A stretch of DNA of 64,000 bases, taken from Squalus acanthias. Lineage: Eukaryota. The stretch is taken from NCBI GenBank assembly GCA_030390025.1, contig CM059432.1, forward strand, positions 102,488,001 through 102,552,000. Reading direction: 5' to 3'. Below, one piece after another: positions 37,420 through 51,210 of this stretch. How positions within the stretch are numbered: position 1 is the stretch's first letter; each line of letters starts with the position of its first letter. The notes beneath the pieces were generated by a model. The model did no database searches. It was not told the origin of the DNA and saw only the letters and a list, made by a program, of their open reading frames with translations. The position numbers and the translations under genes are program-made.

Positions 37420-37938
37420 AAGTGTGGAAGAGCTATAGTGATAGGGGATTCAATTGTAAGGGGAATAGATAGGCGTTTCTGCGGCCGCAATCGAGACTCC
37501 AGGATGGTGGGTTGCCTCCCTGGTGCAAGGGTCAAGGACGTCTTGGAGCGGCTACAGAACACTTTGGAGGGGGAGGGCGAACAGCCAGTTGTCGTGGTGC
37601 ACATAGGCATCAACGATATAGGTAAAAAATGGGATGAGGTCCTAAAAGCAGAATATAGGGAGTTAGGAGGTAAATTAAAAAAGAGAACCTCAAAGGTAGT
37701 AATCTCAGGATTGCTACCAGTGCCACGTGCTAGTCAGAGTAGAAATAGGAGGATATTTCAAATAAATATGTGGCTAGAGGAATGGTGCAAGGGGGAGGGA
37801 TTCAAATTCCTTGGACATTGGAACCGGTTCTGGGGGAGGTGGGACCAGTACAAACGGGACGGTCTGCACCTGGGCAGGGCCGGGACCGATGTCCTAGGGG
37901 GAGTGTTTGCTAGAGCTGTTGGGGAGGGTTTAAACTAA
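37420..37938 (+). CDS. CR1 ORF1 SGNH esterase domain (5'-truncated)
   Basis: Motifs IVIGDSIVRG, CLPGA, VVHIGINDI, RDGLHL. Confidence 0.88.
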   Translation, partial: KCGRAIVIGDSIVRGIDRRFCGRNRDSRMVGCLPGARVKDVLERLQNTLEGEGEQPVVVVHIGINDIGKKWDEVLKAEYRELGGKLKKRTSKVVISGLLPVPRASQSRNRRIFQINMWLEEWCKGEGFKFLGHWNRFWGRWDQYKRDGLHLGRAGTDVLGGVFARAVGEGLN

Positions 37939-38060
37939 AGTGGCAGGGGGTTGGGAACCTGAGCAGGGAGACAGAGGAAAGGGAAATAAGGATAAAAGCT
38001 AAAGACAGGAAGGAGAAAAACAAAAGTAGAAGGCAAAGAACTCAACGGTTTAAATCAAAC

Positions 38061-40922
38061 ATGGTCACAGTAAATAATAATTCATATAGGTCTGAGAGCG
38101 TTAAAAAAACAAGCCTGAAGGCTTTGTGTCTTAATGCAAGGAGCATTCGGAACAAGGTGGATGAATTAGCTGCGCAAATAGAGGTAAATGAATACGATTT
38201 GATTGGGATTACAGAAACATGGCTCCAGGGTGGCCAAGGCTGGGAACTCAACATCCAGGGTTATTCAATATTTAGGAAAGATAGGCAAAAAAGAAAGGGA
38301 GGTGGGGTAGCATTGCTGGTTAAAGAGGGGATTAACACAATTGAAAGGAAGGATATTAGCTCTGATGATGCGGAATCTGTATGGGTAGAACTGAGAAATA
38401 ACAAGGGGCAGAAAACGTTAGTGGGAGTGGTATATAGACCTCCAAACAGTAATACGAAGGTTGGGGACGGCATTAAAAGGGAAATTAGAGAAGCATGCAG
38501 TAAGGGCACAGCAGTCATCATGGGTGACTTTAATTTACATATAGATTGGGCTAACCAAATTAGTAAAAATACTGTGGAGGAGGAATTCCTAGAATGTTTA
38601 CGAGATGGTTTTCTGGAACAATATGTCGAGGAACCAACCAGAGATCAGGCCATCTTAGACTGGGTATTATGCAACGAGAAAGGATTAATTAGCAATCTTG
38701 TTGTACGAGGCCCCTTGGGTCAGAGTGATCATAATATGATAGAATTCTTCATTAGGATGGAGAGTGAAGTAGTTGAATCAGAGACTAGGGTCCTGAATTT
38801 AAATAAAGGAAACTACGATGGTATGAGGCGCGAATTGGGTAGGATTGATTGGGGAATGTCACTCAAGGGGTTGACGGTGGATAGGCAATGGCAAACATTC
38901 AAAGACTGCATGGATAAACTACAGAATTTGTACATCCCAGTGTGGCATAAGAATAAAACAAAAAGGGTGACTCAACCGTGGCTAACAAGGGAAATTAGGG
39001 ATAGCATAAGATCCAAGGAGAGGGCATTTAATTGGCCAGAAAAAGCAGTAGCCCTGAGGATTGGGAGCAGTTTAGGATTCAACAAAGGAGGACAAAGGGA
39101 TTAATTAAGAAGGGGAAAATAGAATATGAAAGTAAGCTTGCTGGGAACATAAAAACTGACTGTAAGAGCTTTTATAGATATGTGAAGAGAAAAAGATTAG
39201 TGAAATCAAGTGTAGGTCCCTTGCAGTCAGAAGCGGGGGAAGTTATAATGGGGAACAAAGAAATGGCAGCCCAATTAAATGCATATTTTGGTTCTGTCTT
39301 CACAAAGGAGGACACAAATAACCTCCCAGAGATGTTGGAGAACATACGGTCTGATGAAAGGGAGGAACTGAAAGAAATCAGTATTTGCAGGGAAATGGTG
39401 TTAGGGAAATTGACGGTATTGAAGGCTGATAAATCCCCAGGGCCTGATAATCTACATCCTAGGGTACTTAAGGAAGTGGCCCTAGAAATAGTAGATGCAT
39501 TGCTGATCATCTTCCAACATTCGATGGAATCTGGAACTGTACCCATGGATTGGAGGGTAGCTAATGTTACCCCACTATTCAAAAAGGGTGGTAGAGAGAA
39601 AGCGGGGAATTACAGACCGGTAAGCCTGACATCGGTAGTGGGGAAAATGCTAGAGTCCATTATAAAGGATGTAATAGCTGAGCATTTGAAAAACAGTGAC
39701 AGGATCGGACAAAGTCAACATGGATTTACAAAAGGTAAATCGTGCTTGACTAATCTACTGGAATTTTTTGAGGATGTAACTGGGAAAATAGATAAGGGAG
39801 AACCAGTAGATGTGGTGTATTTGGACTTTCAAAAGGCTTTCGATAAGGTCCTGCATAAGAGATTAGCGGGTAAAGTTAAGGCACATGGGATTGGGGGCAA
39901 GGTATTGACTTGGATAGAGAACTGGTTGGCGGACAGAAAGCAGAGAGTAGGAATTAATGGGTCTTTTTCCGAGTGGCAAGGCAGTGACTAGTGGGGTACC
40001 GCAGGGATCGGTCCTTGGACCCCAGCTATTCACAATATACATTAATGATCTAGATAAGGGAATTAAATGTAATATCTCCAAGTTTGCAGATGACACAAAG
40101 CTGGGTGGGAGTGTGTGCAGCGAGGAGGATAGCGAGAAACTCCAGGATGATCTGGACAGGTTGGGTGAGTGGGCAGAAGCGTGGCAGATGCAATATAACG
40201 TGGATAAGTGCGAGGTTATCCACTTTGGTGTCAAAAACAGAAAGGCAGACTATTATCTGAATGGCAATAGATTGGGAGAAGGGGAAGTGCAACGAGACCT
40301 GGGTGTCCTTGTGCACCAGTCGCTGAAAGTAAGCATGCAGGTGCAGCAGGCGGTGAAGAAGGCAAATGGTATGTTGGCCTTCATAGCGAAAGGGTTTGAG
40401 TATAGGAACAGGGATGTCCTGCTGCAGTTGTACAGGGCCTTGGTGAGACCACACCTTGAGTACTGTGTGCAGTTTTGGTCGCCTTATCTGAGGAAGGATG
40501 TTCTTGCCATGGAAGGAGTTCAGCGAAGATTCACAAGGCTGATACCTGGGATGGCAGGAATGACATATGAGGAGAGATTGGGTCGATTGGGCTTATACTC
40601 ACTGGAGTATAGAAGAATGAGAGGGGATCTCATCGAAACATATAAAATTCTGACAGGTCTGGACAAACTAGATGCAGGAAGAATGTTCCCGATGGTCGGA
40701 GAGTCCAGAACCAGGGGTCATAATCTACGGATAACGGGTAAACCATTTAGGACAGAAATGAGGAAGAATTTCTTCACCCAGAGAGTGGTGAACCTGTGGA
40801 ATTCTCTACGACAGAAGGTAGTTGAGGCGAAGTCATTAAATATATTCAAGGATGAGTTAGATATATTTCTTAAAGCTAAAGGTATCAAGGGATATGGGGA
40901 GAAGGCAGGTACAGGGTACTGA
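38061..40922 (+). pseudogene. CR1 ORF2 APE-RT with two frameshifts (near 39030 and 39980)
   Basis: Motifs LNARSI, GITETW, GDFN, SDHN, FADD across three overlapping ORFs. Confidence 0.92.
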
Positions 40923-41338
40923 GTTTAGATGATCAGCCATGATCTCATCGAATGGCGGAGCAGGCTCGAGGGGCCGAATGGCCTACTCCTGCTCCTATCT
41001 TCTATGTTTCTATGTTAACACCACCACCTCCAAGTTCCCCGCCAAGTCACACACCATCCTGACTTGGAAATATATCACTGTTCCTTCATCGTCGCTGGGC
41101 AAAATCCTAGAACTCCCTCACTAACAGCACTGTGGGAGTACCTTCACCACACGGACTGTAGCGGTTCAAGAAGGAGGCTCACCACCACTTCTGAAGGGCA
41201 ACTAGGGATGGACAATAAATGCTGGCCTTGCCAGAGACACCCACATCCCATAACTGAATTTAAAAAAAAGGCTCTCTGCACTATTTAAAGGGGAGGTGCT
41301 TGTTGCAGAAGCACCTCATTGTCAGTGTGGATGAAGAC

Positions 41339-43891
41339 ATGGATCAGCAACCAAGGGAGCGAGCATGAAGGTTTTCAGATGCTGCACTGGAGGCCTTGGT
41401 CGTGGCTGTGCAATGAAGGTGGGTGATCCTGTTCCTGCAGGGTGGCAGGAGGCCATCAAAGACCACTTGCAGAAGGCTCTGGGAGAGATAGCTGACTCCG
41501 TCATGGCTACCAATGTGGTCCCAAGGACCTGGATCCAGTGGCGAAAAAAGTTTAATGACCTCATACAGCAAGTCAAGGTGAGTGAAGGCTTCAGCAAATG
41601 CCATATCTCACCATCTGCACCACAAGCCTCACACACTGCTCAATGCAACACATCCCCAGCACTCACCTACCAACAATCTCTACCTATCACCACTCATACC
41701 ACACAATCATGGCTTCACTTCATCCTCACAACATTACTACTGCTGCAACACTCACACTCTGAGGTAATGCATTTGCAACAAGGCAAGGGAATACAATAAA
41801 TGGTAGGATACTGAGAAGTGCAGAGGATCAGAGGGACCTTGGAGTGCATGTCCACAGATCTCTGAAGGTAGCAGGATAGGTGGATAAGGTGGTTAAGAAG
41901 GCATACGCGATACTGTCTTTTATTAGCCGAAGCACAGAATATAAGAGCAGGGAGGTTTTGCTTGAACTGTATAAAACAATAGTTAGGCCACAACTAGAGT
42001 ACTGTGTACAGTTCTGGTCACCACATTACAGGATAGACGTGACTGCACTAGAGAGGTTACAGAGGAGATTTACGAGGATGCTGCCAGGACTGGAGAATTT
42101 TAGCTATGATGAAGATTTGACAGGCTGGGGTTGTTTTCTTTGGAACAGAGGAGGCTGAGGGAAAACTTTATTGAGGTGTATAAAATTATGAGGGGCCCAG
42201 ATAGAGTGGATACAAAAGACCTATTTCCCTTAGCAGAGATGTCAATAGCCAGGGGCTGTAGATTTAAAGTAATTGGTAGAAGGATTAGAGGGGAGTTGAG
42301 GAGAACTTTTTTCACCCAGAGGGTGGTGAGGGTCTGGATATCACTGTCTGAAAGGGTGGTAGAGGCAGAAACCTTCATCGCATTTAAAAATTACTTTGAT
42401 ATGCACTTGAAATGCTGTAACCTACAAGGCTACGAACCAAGAGCTGGAAAGTGGGATTAGGCTGGCTAGCTCTTTTTCAGCCGGCACAGACATGATGGGC
42501 TGAATGGCCTCCTTCTGTGCCGTAAATTTCTATGATTCTATGATTCTACGCACCCACATCTCAAACCTTGCACACACTGACAGCTGTTCAACTATGGCAG
42601 GCACATCACCCAAACACATTGCTCCAGACTCACTGACACACTTCCCTTTCTCTTGCAGTGAAAGGTGGCACGTAACAGGAGGGAGCACCAGCAGACAGGA
42701 GGCAGCCAAGCCGCAATACAGAACTTCACCCGCCTGGAGGAATCGGTGCTTGACATAATTGGAGGGGCAGTGACGGAGTCTGTGGCCAGCGGAGAAATTG
42801 AAGCCGTTGCTGATAATGATGGTATGGTCATACCTAATCCTTCTTCTCACATCCCACATTCCCGTCTTCCCACAATCTCTTCGCACTGACCAGCTGCTGA
42901 TGGTGTCTGCATGGATATCTTGCTTCCCCCCTCCCCTCACCACAACCCGACCCTTGTGCCTTTCGGCTTTCAGATACCCAAGAACTGCCAACAGGCCAGC
43001 CTGTCCCTGAACTTGTGGAGGAGAGTGATGGAGGAGAAGAAGAAGTCACATCAGCACTGCATCTGACACTCACAGGCACCAGCTCAGAAACTGGCACTGT
43101 GTGGAATTTAGAGGGTATTATGGAGGTGGGGATCTGCACATGGTGAGTCACTGGGCACGAGTGGGCTGCAGCCAGGCCAGGGGAAGGGGTAGCTCGGGTT
43201 CCAGCTCCCTGGAGGGCGGGTTCATGCACGAGTTCTGCTGCACAGGACTCAGATGATGACCTCAATTGGGCGACCTTCAGAAGAAGGGTGATGGGCATGC
43301 ATGCGGAAATTCTAGATTTCCAGGATGGAAATGATGGACAACTCCAGGAGAGACCTTGTGAATCCAGCCATGATGCTGCGTATGATAGGTGATGTTGCAG
43401 CTTCCATTGCAGCACAGGAGGAAGTGACCCAACGTCTCACTGTTGCAGTGGAAGCTCAGACTGTTGCCATCGTCGCTGGGTTTGTGGTCTAGAAAGCGGC
43501 TTGCAGGGTGTCGCAGCAGGACAGCAATCTGTCCTCCAACAGATTGCTAGGAATGCTGAGGCGGTGCCCCAGGGGAATGGCAGTGGGTCTGTGGAGCAAG
43601 AACCTGCTGTCCTCTTTCAGGAAGACAGCATTTCTACTCCCACCACTGCCACTCCACCATTGCACTTTCTGCCGTCTATCAGCCAGCCAGCCCAGACTGC
43701 TGCCGCCTATGTCGAGGTGGTGCAGTCTACAGCTGGGCGTACTAGGTCCACAGCTGGTCGAGGTTGTCTGTAGTCTCCCCCACTGAAAGTCAGCAGCCTT
43801 GCTGCAGCCACTGGGGAGCACTGCAAAGACCACTAGAATAGGTAAAGGCATATGAACGACTGGCACTAATGGAATGGACAAGGGTGATTAG
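41339..43891 (+). pseudogene. Harbinger copy 2 Myb/SANT gene, degenerate, 3 exons
   Basis: Homologous to 9076-10980 (PRTWIQWRKKFNDL, same splice sites). Several stops, and a CR1 in intron 1. Confidence 0.8.
41760..42548 (+). mobile_element. CR1 3' fragment (different subfamily) in a Myb intron
   Basis: Motifs VRPQLEYCVQFWSPHY and FFTQRVVRVW, with an (ATTCTATG)n tail. Confidence 0.9.
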
Positions 43892-44047
43892 TTGATCTTG
43901 TAACGTTAATTGGATTTGGATAAATTTATGATTTTTGTTTGGAATGTGTGCTTTGTGGTGACTCTGATTTCAGCTTTGAGCCCAGGAGGGCGCTGTTATC
44001 TTTCGTGACATGAGGAAGTGGTGAGCAACAGGGATCTGGGGCTTCAT

Positions 44048-44294
44048 TCACTGAAATTGGAGTCTCATGAGGCATTCACGGACAGCCCGCCCAGAATGGG
44101 GATTTGCTGCCTGCCTCCTCCCTCCCTCCACTTCCTCTTCCTCTTCCTCTTCCTCCTCTTCCTCCTCCTCTCCCTCCTCCTCCTGAGGTGGTCCCGCAAT
44201 CCCTGTTGGCAAGGGCTGCGCCCTCATGATGGCCAAGTTGTGAATCATACAGCAGACCACCACGAAATGGGAGGCCCGCACCGACATGTACTAG
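44048..44294 (-). pseudogene. Harbinger copy 2 transposase, 3' fragment
   Basis: CCMIHNLAIMRAQPLP, poly-E and LQFQ stop, as in copy 1. Confidence 0.88.
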
Positions 44295-45786
44295 TGAAGG
44301 GATAATTACAAGTCCTAGCCCTTTTCGGGCTACCCCAGATCAGGCGTATTCCACGAGACGTTCACCTTCAACTAACGTTAGCGTTGGCTGAATCCTAGAG
44401 ACGCTTAATTGGGTCTAAAGGTTCAGACTATCTCTCCCTAAAGGAAAGGAGCGGCCTGAAGATGTTACCGTTCTCCGGATAGAAATTTTAACAAGTTTAA
44501 CTAGACTGTAACCTTCCGGATATTATGAGGGTCTGGAAAACCCCCCAGAATTCTGCAACTCCTTACAGAAGAGTGTACAGAAATTGAGTTCACGAGATTG
44601 ATACAGAAATTACTCTGTGAGACAATTTTAAAAATATATAGATTTATTAAAGAACCGACATTTAGTTAACAGCTGGTATGGCAATCACAACTTTAACCGT
44701 TCAAAATACAATAGCTTACATTTCTTATCAGAGATCCTTATTCTCAAATCTTAACTTCGTTACATTTCCACACTTCTACTTATTTCTTAATCCAGAATAT
44801 CCACCAAAATCAAATACCTTGATTACCCGAGACTCAGAGTTGTAGGCCTACAGAGTTGCTCTGAAGGCGAGAATCGCTCTGCCCCTTCCCAGTGACTTCT
44901 GACTCTCTATCTGAAAAGCTCTATTTTTATACCTTTTTTTAGTGGTTTATCCTTTGAAGTTTTCTGCTGATGTAAGCTAATTATCTCTAGTAATTCTCGA
45001 TTGACTTCTTTTCTATTCTTACTGTCAACCCAGCTGCTACCTCTCAGAATCCTGTCTGCTGTATAGGTGTTTCAAAAACTTATCATTTTTATGGTTATTA
45101 TCAATTCATCTATTTGATGCTATTCTTAGGAAGTCTTTCTATTGAATTCTTAACTCCCTTTAGCTGCTTGCATTCCAGACCTCGCGTCTCCCAACTGTTC
45201 CAAGTTCAACACACAAACACAGTGTGATTGCTTGATGCATCCATTGATGTAATATTTTCAAAGCCTTCCTATTTGTACCTTTTACAACATGTAAATCAAA
45301 AACACTTCATCTAGGGTGTTCTTTGCATTTCTTATTTACTTCAATTGGTTGTATTAAGAATCATGTCTCCTTGTTCTAAGTTTAACATAAAACTATTTTA
45401 CGGCAGGTATTTCTTTTACTTGATGTCATTTTTTCAAAGGCACTTGTTTTTTAATGTTCTGTGCTCCTGTGCGACGTGTTAGATTTTAACACTTTACTTG
45501 GGCATTGCTATTGTTTTGGTTCCAAACTGTAGACATTCTGGAAGCACCAATGGTTTGCTTCAATAGGCCATTGTGTCAGTGTCAATAACCATTTCTCATT
45601 TCAAAGCTTGTTTGGTGTTTACAGCTTTTGTTATCAACTGTTCTTATCTCAAAAGCCTGTATTGTGTTTGCAGCCTGTGTCGCCGAGGCTTTCCAGACTT
45701 TTAAACCCAATACGTCATGTATTAATAATATCAGAAATCTGTGCATAGGATGGTGTATCTTTCTGAAATATGGCTATTCCATCACA
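44295..45786 (-). repeat. 3' LTR of the foamy-like provirus
   Basis: Direct repeat of 51211-52703, preceded on the minus strand by the PPT at 45787-45796. Confidence 0.92.
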
Positions 45787-46419
45787 CCCCGCTCTTGACC
45801 AAAAGATGAGCTTAAAACATCAGGGCAGAGTTTGGTCAATGTTCCTCATAAGGTTACAATAGCATATTAAGTTCACGAGATGCACAATCATGTGTTACAT
45901 GAAAATTCCTTTTAAATCATCCTAGGACAATGTTTTGCCTTATTTTAAATTGAACACAATTTAAAAGATTATAGTACATAGTCATGCTATTAGCGAAACA
46001 ACATGTACTTAGAATGTCCAATCGGCAGATGTACGTTCCGTAGAGGTGAGTTCTTCATACGAGTCAAGGAGACGTCATTTGAAAGTAGTTGAAGCTTGAC
46101 ACGCTGTTCCTTCGATCTGGTGTGTGTACAGATGCTTGTTTTCGTAAAGGCCTTACCAGGCACTCAGTTGATTCCTTCTTCATCCGCGATGTCTTCCTCC
46201 TTCGTTAAAGTAACTCATTGATCTTTCCTTGTTTCGGTTGTGGCTTTTCGCAAATCCAAATCCTGATGCGTTGCCAAGCAACATGTAAAAGAGCCAGCAA
46301 CACCTTCTGACTTCCCACCGTCAGTAATTCGATCGCATCCATTTCCTGTGTCATGCTCCAAGCTGGGTCATAAAAGATAGTGTACAACTGCACCTTGTAT
46401 TGTTACTCCTTTTCGGTAT

Positions 46420-48600
46420 CCTGCAGGACATCTCTTCATATTGTCTATGGAGACAGTTTTAAGAATATGCTTGCCATTCAGCTGGTTAATATGTATTTGA
46501 ACTATTCTTTCGTTAATAACAGAATGTATTTGAACAGGTTTTTCCACTTCGGTCTCAAACCAGGTTTTTGTTCGAACTTCTTTTCCTGTACCCATTCTCC
46601 TTTTATGGGTTGCCATGCTTTATTTGTCAATTTTTCTACCTATTTGCTTCCCTTATCCTCTGATCAATTCGATGAATCTCCTCTGTTACTTTTTTTTTTC
46701 TAACTGTCGCTGTTGGGTCAAGGACTCAAAGTGTGTAGAGGCAATAAAAGAACTATGGGTAAGCGGTTAATGCATCTCAACCCCATACATCAGATAACAT
46801 GGAGTTTTAGGGGGAAACTGTCCCTGATGTAGATGCAGGCACATTATTGAGTGATAGCTGTACCTCCGGAATGATGGTGGTCCACTTATTCCCCCTGATT
46901 CGCAACAGTTTGACCATTAGCTTTATTACTTCCTGGTTTTTACATTCCACAAGCCCCGCTGATTGCAGATGACGTGGCGTGCTGTGCTCTAAGCCAATCC
47001 CCCTTTGTTCACAGTAGGCTTTGAGACCTTGGATACAAAGGCTCCGCCTTTAATGGAGTGTAAGATTTTGGGTGCACCAGTACAGTAATTATATCAGAAA
47101 TAGCCCTGGCAAGTGCGTTTTCCAAAACAGTTTTTGTGGGGACCAGCCAGCAGAAGGAAGTGCATCCATCCACACAAACGAGAACATGTCGATATCCCAA
47201 AGATGGGGAAAGTGGTCCAATAAAGTCAATAAAGAATTTTCCCATTGACTCATCAGCTTTCACAGGAGCCAGTGGTGGTGGCTTAATTTAGTGATGACTT
47301 ATTGGTCGAATAGCATGGCTCACAATATGCCACGTATGTTTTACAGGCTCTAAGCATGCCTGGCCACCAATATAAGAGGGTCAATTTGCAGAATGTTGTT
47401 CTCGCACCACAATGTACTTAACTTATGCCCTTGTGAGCTTCTTTTACAAGCTGTTCTCGTTTGTGGCTTGGGGATACTTCTCTGTTTCCCTTGGGCAACT
47501 TAACTAGTACAATACCCATATGGGTTTCCAAGTAAAAGTACTTTGGTGGATATTCTGGTGGATTCTCTGTTATTGGGTCTAATAGCTGAATCAGTTCCTC
47601 ATCCTGATTAGCTGCCCATTCTGCCCTAGTGATTACACTAACATTAGCAGGCCCCTCTCGAGGGGGTGTCATGCAGACCGAACATTTCGCTTGTTCGTCA
47701 GCAAGGTCATTTCCTTTTGAGTGTACTATCCCAGTGGTATGCCCGTTTACATGAATCACCTGACAATTCTGTTTCTCCATCCTCGAATGGAGAATGTCTT
47801 CTCACAGTGTGGGTTTAATAAAGTCTGCTTTCTCTAAAGCACATCGTAATACTGCAGCTTCAGCATATTGCGCTGTCTTATGGCCAAGGGGTTTAGACAG
47901 AAATTCTTCTGTATAAAAAGAATAGGAATCTCAAAAAGTCCCTACTACTATCCCCATCCCAGCTGAGGATTGTTGGGATGTCTCTTTTTTAATCGTCATT
48001 GACGTTCCATCACAGTAAATAACTTGATGGTATTCTATAAGCGGTCTCATTGGTATTTGTCTGATTCCCTCCTCTGTATCATCATCCTCCATGATGGGGA
48101 GCTGCTCTATCTTTCCACATTGATTTAGATGGCATTGTAGATAAGGGTAATATTATTAATAAATTGCTCGAGGAGGTCTTTGCCTCTCCCCTCTGGGCAA
48201 GTTCGATCAAGCTGTGTTCGAACATATTTTTCCCTGTCATCCTGGTCTGTGGATGCTTTTACAGGTTTCGTTGAAATTTTAAGGTAATGCTGCATGTCTG
48301 GTTGTACTATAATGAGAGAACAGGCCAATTGTGATACCAGTCCTACATCTAGGGTCACTATTATTACATATATAGTAATAGGTATTTTGTAAAAATTAAT
48401 TATGTTGGTTTTGTCTTGTGTGAATCCTCCGAATGTTTTTTTACAAATTGGGCTCCCCAATCTGTCCAGTTAGTTTTTATAATTGCAGGATGTATTACAG
48501 TATAATCAGCTCCCGTAGCAAACAGGGCCTTCACTTGTGTGTTTGTGGGCAAGGTTGCCAAGGCATAGGGGAATTCAAAAGGCCCTGACTGGGTGCCAGG
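46420..48600 (-). pseudogene. pol: Foamy-like pol remnant (protease, RNase H, integrase; RT deleted)
   Basis: Motifs ALFATGADYTVI, IYCDGTS...AGMGIV...PLGHKTAQYAE, HVNGH...GNDLAD, YPPKYFY, YWWPGM, KFFIDFIGPL...VDGCTSFCWLVPTK, TVSIDNMK. Confidence 0.85.
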
Positions 48601-48659
48601 CTTTCAATCCTGGGATTGTTCATCCTCAGAATCCTGAGTTTTATTTGCTTCTTTGTCTT

Positions 48660-50919
48660 TAATTATTTTAATTGATTTTTGTTCCTCCCTCTTGGGGGTT
48701 GCATGTTTTCCAGATCCCTGAGGGGTTTGTCAGACCGTTTATTATCTTGACGATCCTCCTGTTGAGGTGGACGTTGGTTCTGCCGGGAATCTTTTTGATC
48801 CCCATATCGGTTTTCCCAGTATCCTCCCATGGCTCACTGATAACTTTGGCCAGTGTAAAAGCTGTCCCCATAGGGAGTCCACTGTCCTTCGCTTTCCTTT
48901 CGAGGTCTAGTCCCTCGTCTATCCCATCTTTCTGGGGAGAAATCTTTCTCGTATTGTGGGCGAGTTGGGGGTGTAAACCTTCTGGAATACCCTCTTGGGG
49001 GTCCCGCGCCATGAGTTTGTGTCTGGGCAGGGTGGACTTGAGACTTGGATCTATACAATCCTTCTTTCTGAGTACCTTCTCTGTTTTTTTTTATCCCTAG
49101 TTTCTGATCTCATTATAGGTTTAGTTTGGGGTAGACCTAAGAGGTCATGATTTAATTGGATAATGCGATTGACATTATCCCATCTTTGTTGGTTATCTCG
49201 ATAATCGTTTAGAGCACCCTCACAAGCAAGGTTGAGGGCTGTATTTTGGTATTGATTGGCCAGGCAACCATGTACAATATCCCAGTTATCCTTTGTAAGT
49301 ACCTAGGCCCACAAATTCGGCCCTTCCCGCATCTCACCCGTATTGATTCCCGAAGTGCCGGTTTCCTGCATGCACTGCGCATGCGCGGGAAACCGGAGCT
49401 TCCGGTATGGTGAAGGGGGCGGTTCCTAGGTGAACCGCGTGCGTGCGAGAGGCTGCGCGCACGCAGCACACTTAGATTTTTTTCAGGTTTCTACGTGAGG
49501 GTAAGTATTGAAGATACTACGCTAATAAAAAGGAGGCGTAAGACCCCTTTTGAACAAGGTAAGTGGTTAATTAAGTATAATTTTAAATTTTTTTCAACAG
49601 GTTTATCTTTTTTAGATACTTTAAAGAAAGGTAAGTTTATTTTTATAACTTTTAAAAAGTATTTTAATTTTTTCAAAAATTTAAATTTTTGTTTAAAGTG
49701 GTTAATTTATTTAACTATAGTTATTTTATAAATGTGATTTTTTTAAAAAAATTATTTTAAGTTAGCTGTTCTTTTGGGGCCGATTTCAATTCACAGATTT
49801 GACAGGTCTCCTGTCAAATCTATGAATGAAAGATGGTCTGCTGCCATTGGCTCTCCATGGCACACGTGATCCCAGGGGTCGCATCGCACTAACTGCGCCC
49901 CTGGAACACGCAAGCACTGCGCGCCGGCTCTTGGGAGAGGCCCAGGGCCTGAAGTTCCTGTGGGCCCAAAACACAACGGCAGGCGCGGTGGGTAAGAGCG
50001 CGCGCGATCCTTACCCCCGCGGCAAGCCGGCCACGTGAATTTCTGGGCCCTTGTCTATTCTGTAGGCAGCTACCAGCCCTTTAGTTGTGGCTGTATTAGT
50101 GAGTATTTCCTTGATGGAACCCATTACATGTCCTCCCTGAGTTGCCGTGAGAACATAAGCGTATATTTGAACCCAGTTGTTACACTGGTTTAATGGGGGA
50201 ATTAAGTCTGAACTTAATATCATTTGCAGTAGTTGTCTCAGGTGTTGAGCATTCCAATCTTGGCAACAGGTTTCCAATTTATCAAGGTTAGTTTAAATCC
50301 AGCAGGTTTGTTCCTGGCTGGTGTTTCCTGGTCTACCACACATTGTGTAGCTAGAACTCAGGTTTACCTGACCTACGGGCGCAATTTGTGGTTGCTGGGG
50401 TTGGTTTACTGGACCATTAATCATTGCGCCTCCAGCATTTAGATAAGAGTGAGCCAGTGCCTGTCGGCATTGATTATAATGAATTCTAAGCTGTCTATAG
50501 TTTTCTCGAAGATTGTTGTCATTTATTTCTTCAGGAGTTTGCCGCCTTAACGGAATTCATGGCCATATAGGCTGTATAGGCTGCTCCGGGTCCTGCTATT
50601 CGCCCATGGTTGCCACCACCTTGTTGGGCACCATTCATTAGGCCTGCCAATTGTGCAGGTGTGCACCTTATCATTAAGGAATTTATTGGATTTGGAGTAT
50701 TTGTTTGATTATCCCACTGGATATTTTGTATCCCTGGTTCTGGGGATCAACATTAATCGTGCCATGAGTTCTAACGGCTCCTTCGGCATCAAAGCCTTCT
50801 ATTTCAATAATTATCATTTGGTCTTGTGGAGGTATAGGGATAGGATTATTTCCCCTAATAAAGCAATCGTTTGAATTTCCTAATAAAAAGACTTGGCCAA
50901 TTCCGACAGGGCTTGCCAT
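48660..50919 (-). pseudogene. gag: Foamy-like gag, degenerate and split by a MITE
   Basis: CNNWVQIYAYVLTATQGGHVMGSIKEILTNTATTKGLVAAYRI and LTKDNWDIVHGCL...LNHDLLGL resemble the spumavirus Gag central domain. No CCHC box was seen. Confidence 0.75.
49306..50050. mobile_element. Harbinger-type MITE inserted in foamy gag
   Basis: TIR GGCCCA(C/G)AAATTC. Same family as 28078-31319. Confidence 0.8.
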
Positions 50920-51190
50920 TTCTTCAGGACCTAACCTCGTTAGGATTTAATTTTGTCAGGACCTAACCTCGGTTAGGGTTTAATATGAACTTTATAAGAC
51001 ATTTCTAGACCTCAATGGTATATTGAGGGAGTTCTGATTTAAGTTCTACAAGGCCTGATCAGAGACTTGTCATCTCTAGAAACTTAAATCTGGGTCTTAG
51101 TACCACTGTCAGTAAACACTCCTATACTTTACAATCTACAAGATGGATATAGATATAAATATAAGTATAGTTTCTGTATCAACTCATTAA

Positions 51191-51208
51191 CACACATGTT
51201 GGGCACCA
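51191..51208 (-). promoter_or_regulatory. Primer-binding site, tRNA-Lys1,2-like
   Basis: TGGTGCCCAACATGTGTG, 2 nt after the LTR, versus the foamy PBS TGGCGCCCAACGTGGGGC. The first two mismatches are CpG-decay type. Confidence 0.8.
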
Positions 51209-51210
51209 AC

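Larger units (their letters stand above)
37420..41016 (+). mobile_element. Near full-length CR1 LINE (partial ORF1 plus complete ORF2 region)
   Basis: Inserted in LINE B at GCATGGGAA|...|AACACCACC. Ends with a TTTCTATG tail. Confidence 0.95.
31620..41269 (+). mobile_element. Full-length-like LINE family B (tRNA-like head, APE-RT, no ORF1), interrupted by an LTR, a Penelope and a CR1
   Basis: A and B boxes at 31620-31702. APE starts near 32003 (KVLLTNIWGL...DMVILTESYL). RT fragments resume across each insertion. Poly(A) end near 41262. Confidence 0.85.

Noticed and set aside
37297..37938. 213-aa ORF as a new chimeric gene
   Set aside because: It is a chance in-frame junction between the LINE B 3' end and a truncated CR1 ORF1.
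45790..46400. Foamy env leader or accessory (tas/bet-like) ORF
   Set aside because: Only short interrupted frames with weak resemblance are present, too degraded to call.
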